Made by a program: the position numbers and the translations under genes. A stretch of 63,769 nucleotides of DNA, the filler included, from Reclinomonas americana ATCC 50394 (lineage: Eukaryota), in assembly GCA_048213135.1 (NCBI GenBank). It is 5 parts of 4 records of this genome, joined end to end, with 100 filler letters (N's around TTAATTAATTAA, not from the genome) between each part and the next. Parts side by side here need not be neighbours in the genome. Positions count along the whole stretch, not along the records: positions 61,579 to 63,769 come from PS015157.1; 4 more parts are not named here. One strand, written 5' to 3'. The notes under the pieces are model-generated. The model had not been told where the DNA came from. It made no database searches and saw only the letters and a program-made list of their open reading frames with translations. Shown one piece after another: positions 61,523-63,769 of the stretch (positions within the stretch are counted from its first letter, which is position 1; every line of letters starts with the position of its first letter).

Positions 61523-61534
61523 TTAATTAATTAA
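61523..61534. other. Artificial assembly linker
   Basis: TTAATTAATTAA within an N run. Confidence 0.95.
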
Positions 61535-61641
61535 NNNNNNNNNNNNNNNNNNNNNNNNNNNNNNNNNNNNNNNNNNNNGTGTGTGACGCCGGTCTACTTG
61601 GTGTGTTGAGTGCACTGAGTGTTTTTTTCTGTTTGTCGCAG

Positions 61642-63700
61642 GCCAACAAGTGGATTCGTGCCATGGAGGCCAAGAACGGCCTGAAGATCATCAAGATGGG
61701 TGGTGACAACTACCTGCAGGTGATCAAGAACGCCATTCTCATCGGTCAGCCCGTGCTGTGCGAAGACATGGGCGAGTTCCTCGACCCGGCGCTGGAGACC
61801 CTGCTGTTGAAGCAGGTGATCAAGCTGAAGGGCGGCCGCAAGGTGCTCTTCTTCGACGGCAAGGATGTGGACTATGACAAGAATTTCCGCTTCTACATGA
61901 CGACCAAGATGGCCAACCCGCACTACCTGCCCGAGGTGTGCATCAAGGTCACGGTGATCAACTTTACAGTCACCACCAATGGTTTGTGTGAGGCGGGCGC
62001 GCGGTGCGTGAAATGGCGTGAACAACTCACATCCGGGATGCGCAGGTTTGGAGGACCAGCTTTTGGCCGATGTGGTGCAAGAAGAGCGTCCGGAGCTGGA
62101 GGACATGAAGAACAAGTTGGTGTTGAAGGTGGCTGCCGACAAGAAGCAGTTGGTGGAGATCGAAAACGACATTCTGCACATGCTCTCCAACGAGGAGGGT
62201 GAGATTCTCGACAATGAGAAGCTCATCAAGACGCTGGAGGAGTCCAAGGTCACTTCGGAGCTCATCACTGAGCGTGTCGCCGAGGCCGAGAAGACCGAGG
62301 CGAAGATCAGTTGCGTGACGACGTGCTCGTGGTGCATCTGGATGGATGATACTCATTCTGGTATTTTTTCTGTTGTTGCGTGCAGACGAGGCTCGTGAGG
62401 AGTTCAGACCAATCGCCATTCGTGGCTCGATTCTGTACTTTGTGGTGGCCGACTTGGCCAGCATCGATCCGATGTACCAGTACTCGCTGGAGTTCTTCAA
62501 AGCCCTCTTCCTCAACACCATGCGCCGCACCGACGCCCCCGACGATATCCACATCAAGAGTCGCATGTACATTACGAACATCACGGAGACGGTGTACACG
62601 TCGGTGTGCCGTGGTCTCTTTGAGCGCCACAAGCCCATCTTCTCGTTCTTGATGTGCACATCGGTTCTGCGGCAATCGCTGGCCATTTCGCCAGCCGACT
62701 GGGCGCTCTTCCTGCGCGGTCAGGCCATGGTGGATCGCACCAAGATGGTGCCGAATCCGGCACCGCAAGCCATTCGAGAGCGCACGTGGGAGCTGCTGCT
62801 CGCAGCGGAGCAGAACATTCCGGTGAGTGGTGGCGCGAGAAGAGAGATATCATATGTGTATGTGTGTGCGGTGATCTCACACGTCCTTGCAGCAATTCCA
62901 AGGCATCACGGCGAACGTCGCTGCCAATATGGACGCGTGGTTGGAGTACTCTGCCGACGATCGCATCCACACCAAGCCGACGCCGGCTGTGGGTGGCGTG
63001 AACTGGAATACGCAGCTGTCGGGTTTCCAGCGATTGCTGCTGGTGCGCGCATGGCGCGAGGAGAAGGTGCGTGCTGCTCGACTGTCTTGTGTGTTGCTTG
63101 TTGTCGCTCGCGAATCTCACGACTGTGTGTCGACGCAGCTGTACTTCTCGGTGTTGAACTTTGTGGAGACGTCGTTTGGCGAGCACTTTATCAAGTCGCC
63201 GCCGTTCGACCTTGCACAGACGCACGAGAGCATGGACATTTCGACGCCGTGCATCTTTATTCTGTCGACTGGCGCCGATCCGACCAGCATTGTCATGCGC
63301 TTCGCCGCGGAGCGCAACAAGACGCTGCGTATCGTGTCCCTCGGACAGGGTCAGGAGGAGATTGCCAAGCGCAACATTGAGGAGGCGAAGCAGGATGGCG
63401 AGTGGGTGTTGTTGCAGAACTGCCATGTGGTGCGTCTTGTGTTTCTCTCTCCTGTGTGTCATGTTGTGAAATGTGAGTTGCTCACATGTGTGTGTGGTGG
63501 TGCGCACACGCAGGCCGTCTCCTTCTTGCCTGAAGTGGAGAAGAAGATCGCCGAGTTGGCAGCCGCCAAGGCCTCCGGCTCCGTTCGCGTCAACGTGGAC
63601 TTCCGTCTCTGGCTGACCTCCATGCCCTCGAATGAGTTCCCCATTCCGATTCTGCAGAATGGCGTGAAGCTGACTGTGGAGCCACCGAAGGGCCTGAAGG
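61642..63700 (+). CDS. DNAH6: Axonemal inner-arm dynein heavy chain, AAA5-AAA6 region, DNAH6-like (internal fragment, 6 exons)
   Basis: Motifs [87 protein letters not shown] and DFRLWLTS. Confidence 0.9.
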
Positions 63701-63708
63701 GTACGTTT

Positions 63709-63762
<54 letters not shown>

Positions 63763-63769
63763 GAGGAGG

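Overview
Draft genomic DNA from an intron-rich, GC-rich, flagellated eukaryote (probably a protist), not a prokaryote. It has many N-gaps and four artificial N44-TTAATTAATTAA-N44 joins (30787, 43822, 53112, 61523). Recognisable spliced genes are a DYRK1-type kinase (5' part), EFCAB10-like, an AKAP7-like 2H phosphoesterase, CEP120, a long coiled-coil protein, NAD-GPDH exon 1 with a PTS2-like signal, SPATA7-like with a 52-aa tandem repeat, PRODH exon 1 and a DNAH6-like axonemal dynein. Two expanded families I cannot assign stand out. (1) About nine intronless 7-blade WD40 genes in two tandem arrays (3.8-9.4 kb and 54.5-61.5 kb), with a conserved scaffold, hypervariable surface positions, mosaic relationships and a shared unrecognised C-terminal helical module. 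(2) Two tandem giant genes (30.9-46.5 kb) built from 12 copies of a multi-exon ~190-aa Cys/His domain separated by acidic linkers, differing in unit number and with chimeric units. Also seen: frequent GTT(G/T) and some GC 5' splice donors, and a family of dispersed non-coding repeats lying upstream of genes. All homology calls are from motif recognition by eye; no database search was run.
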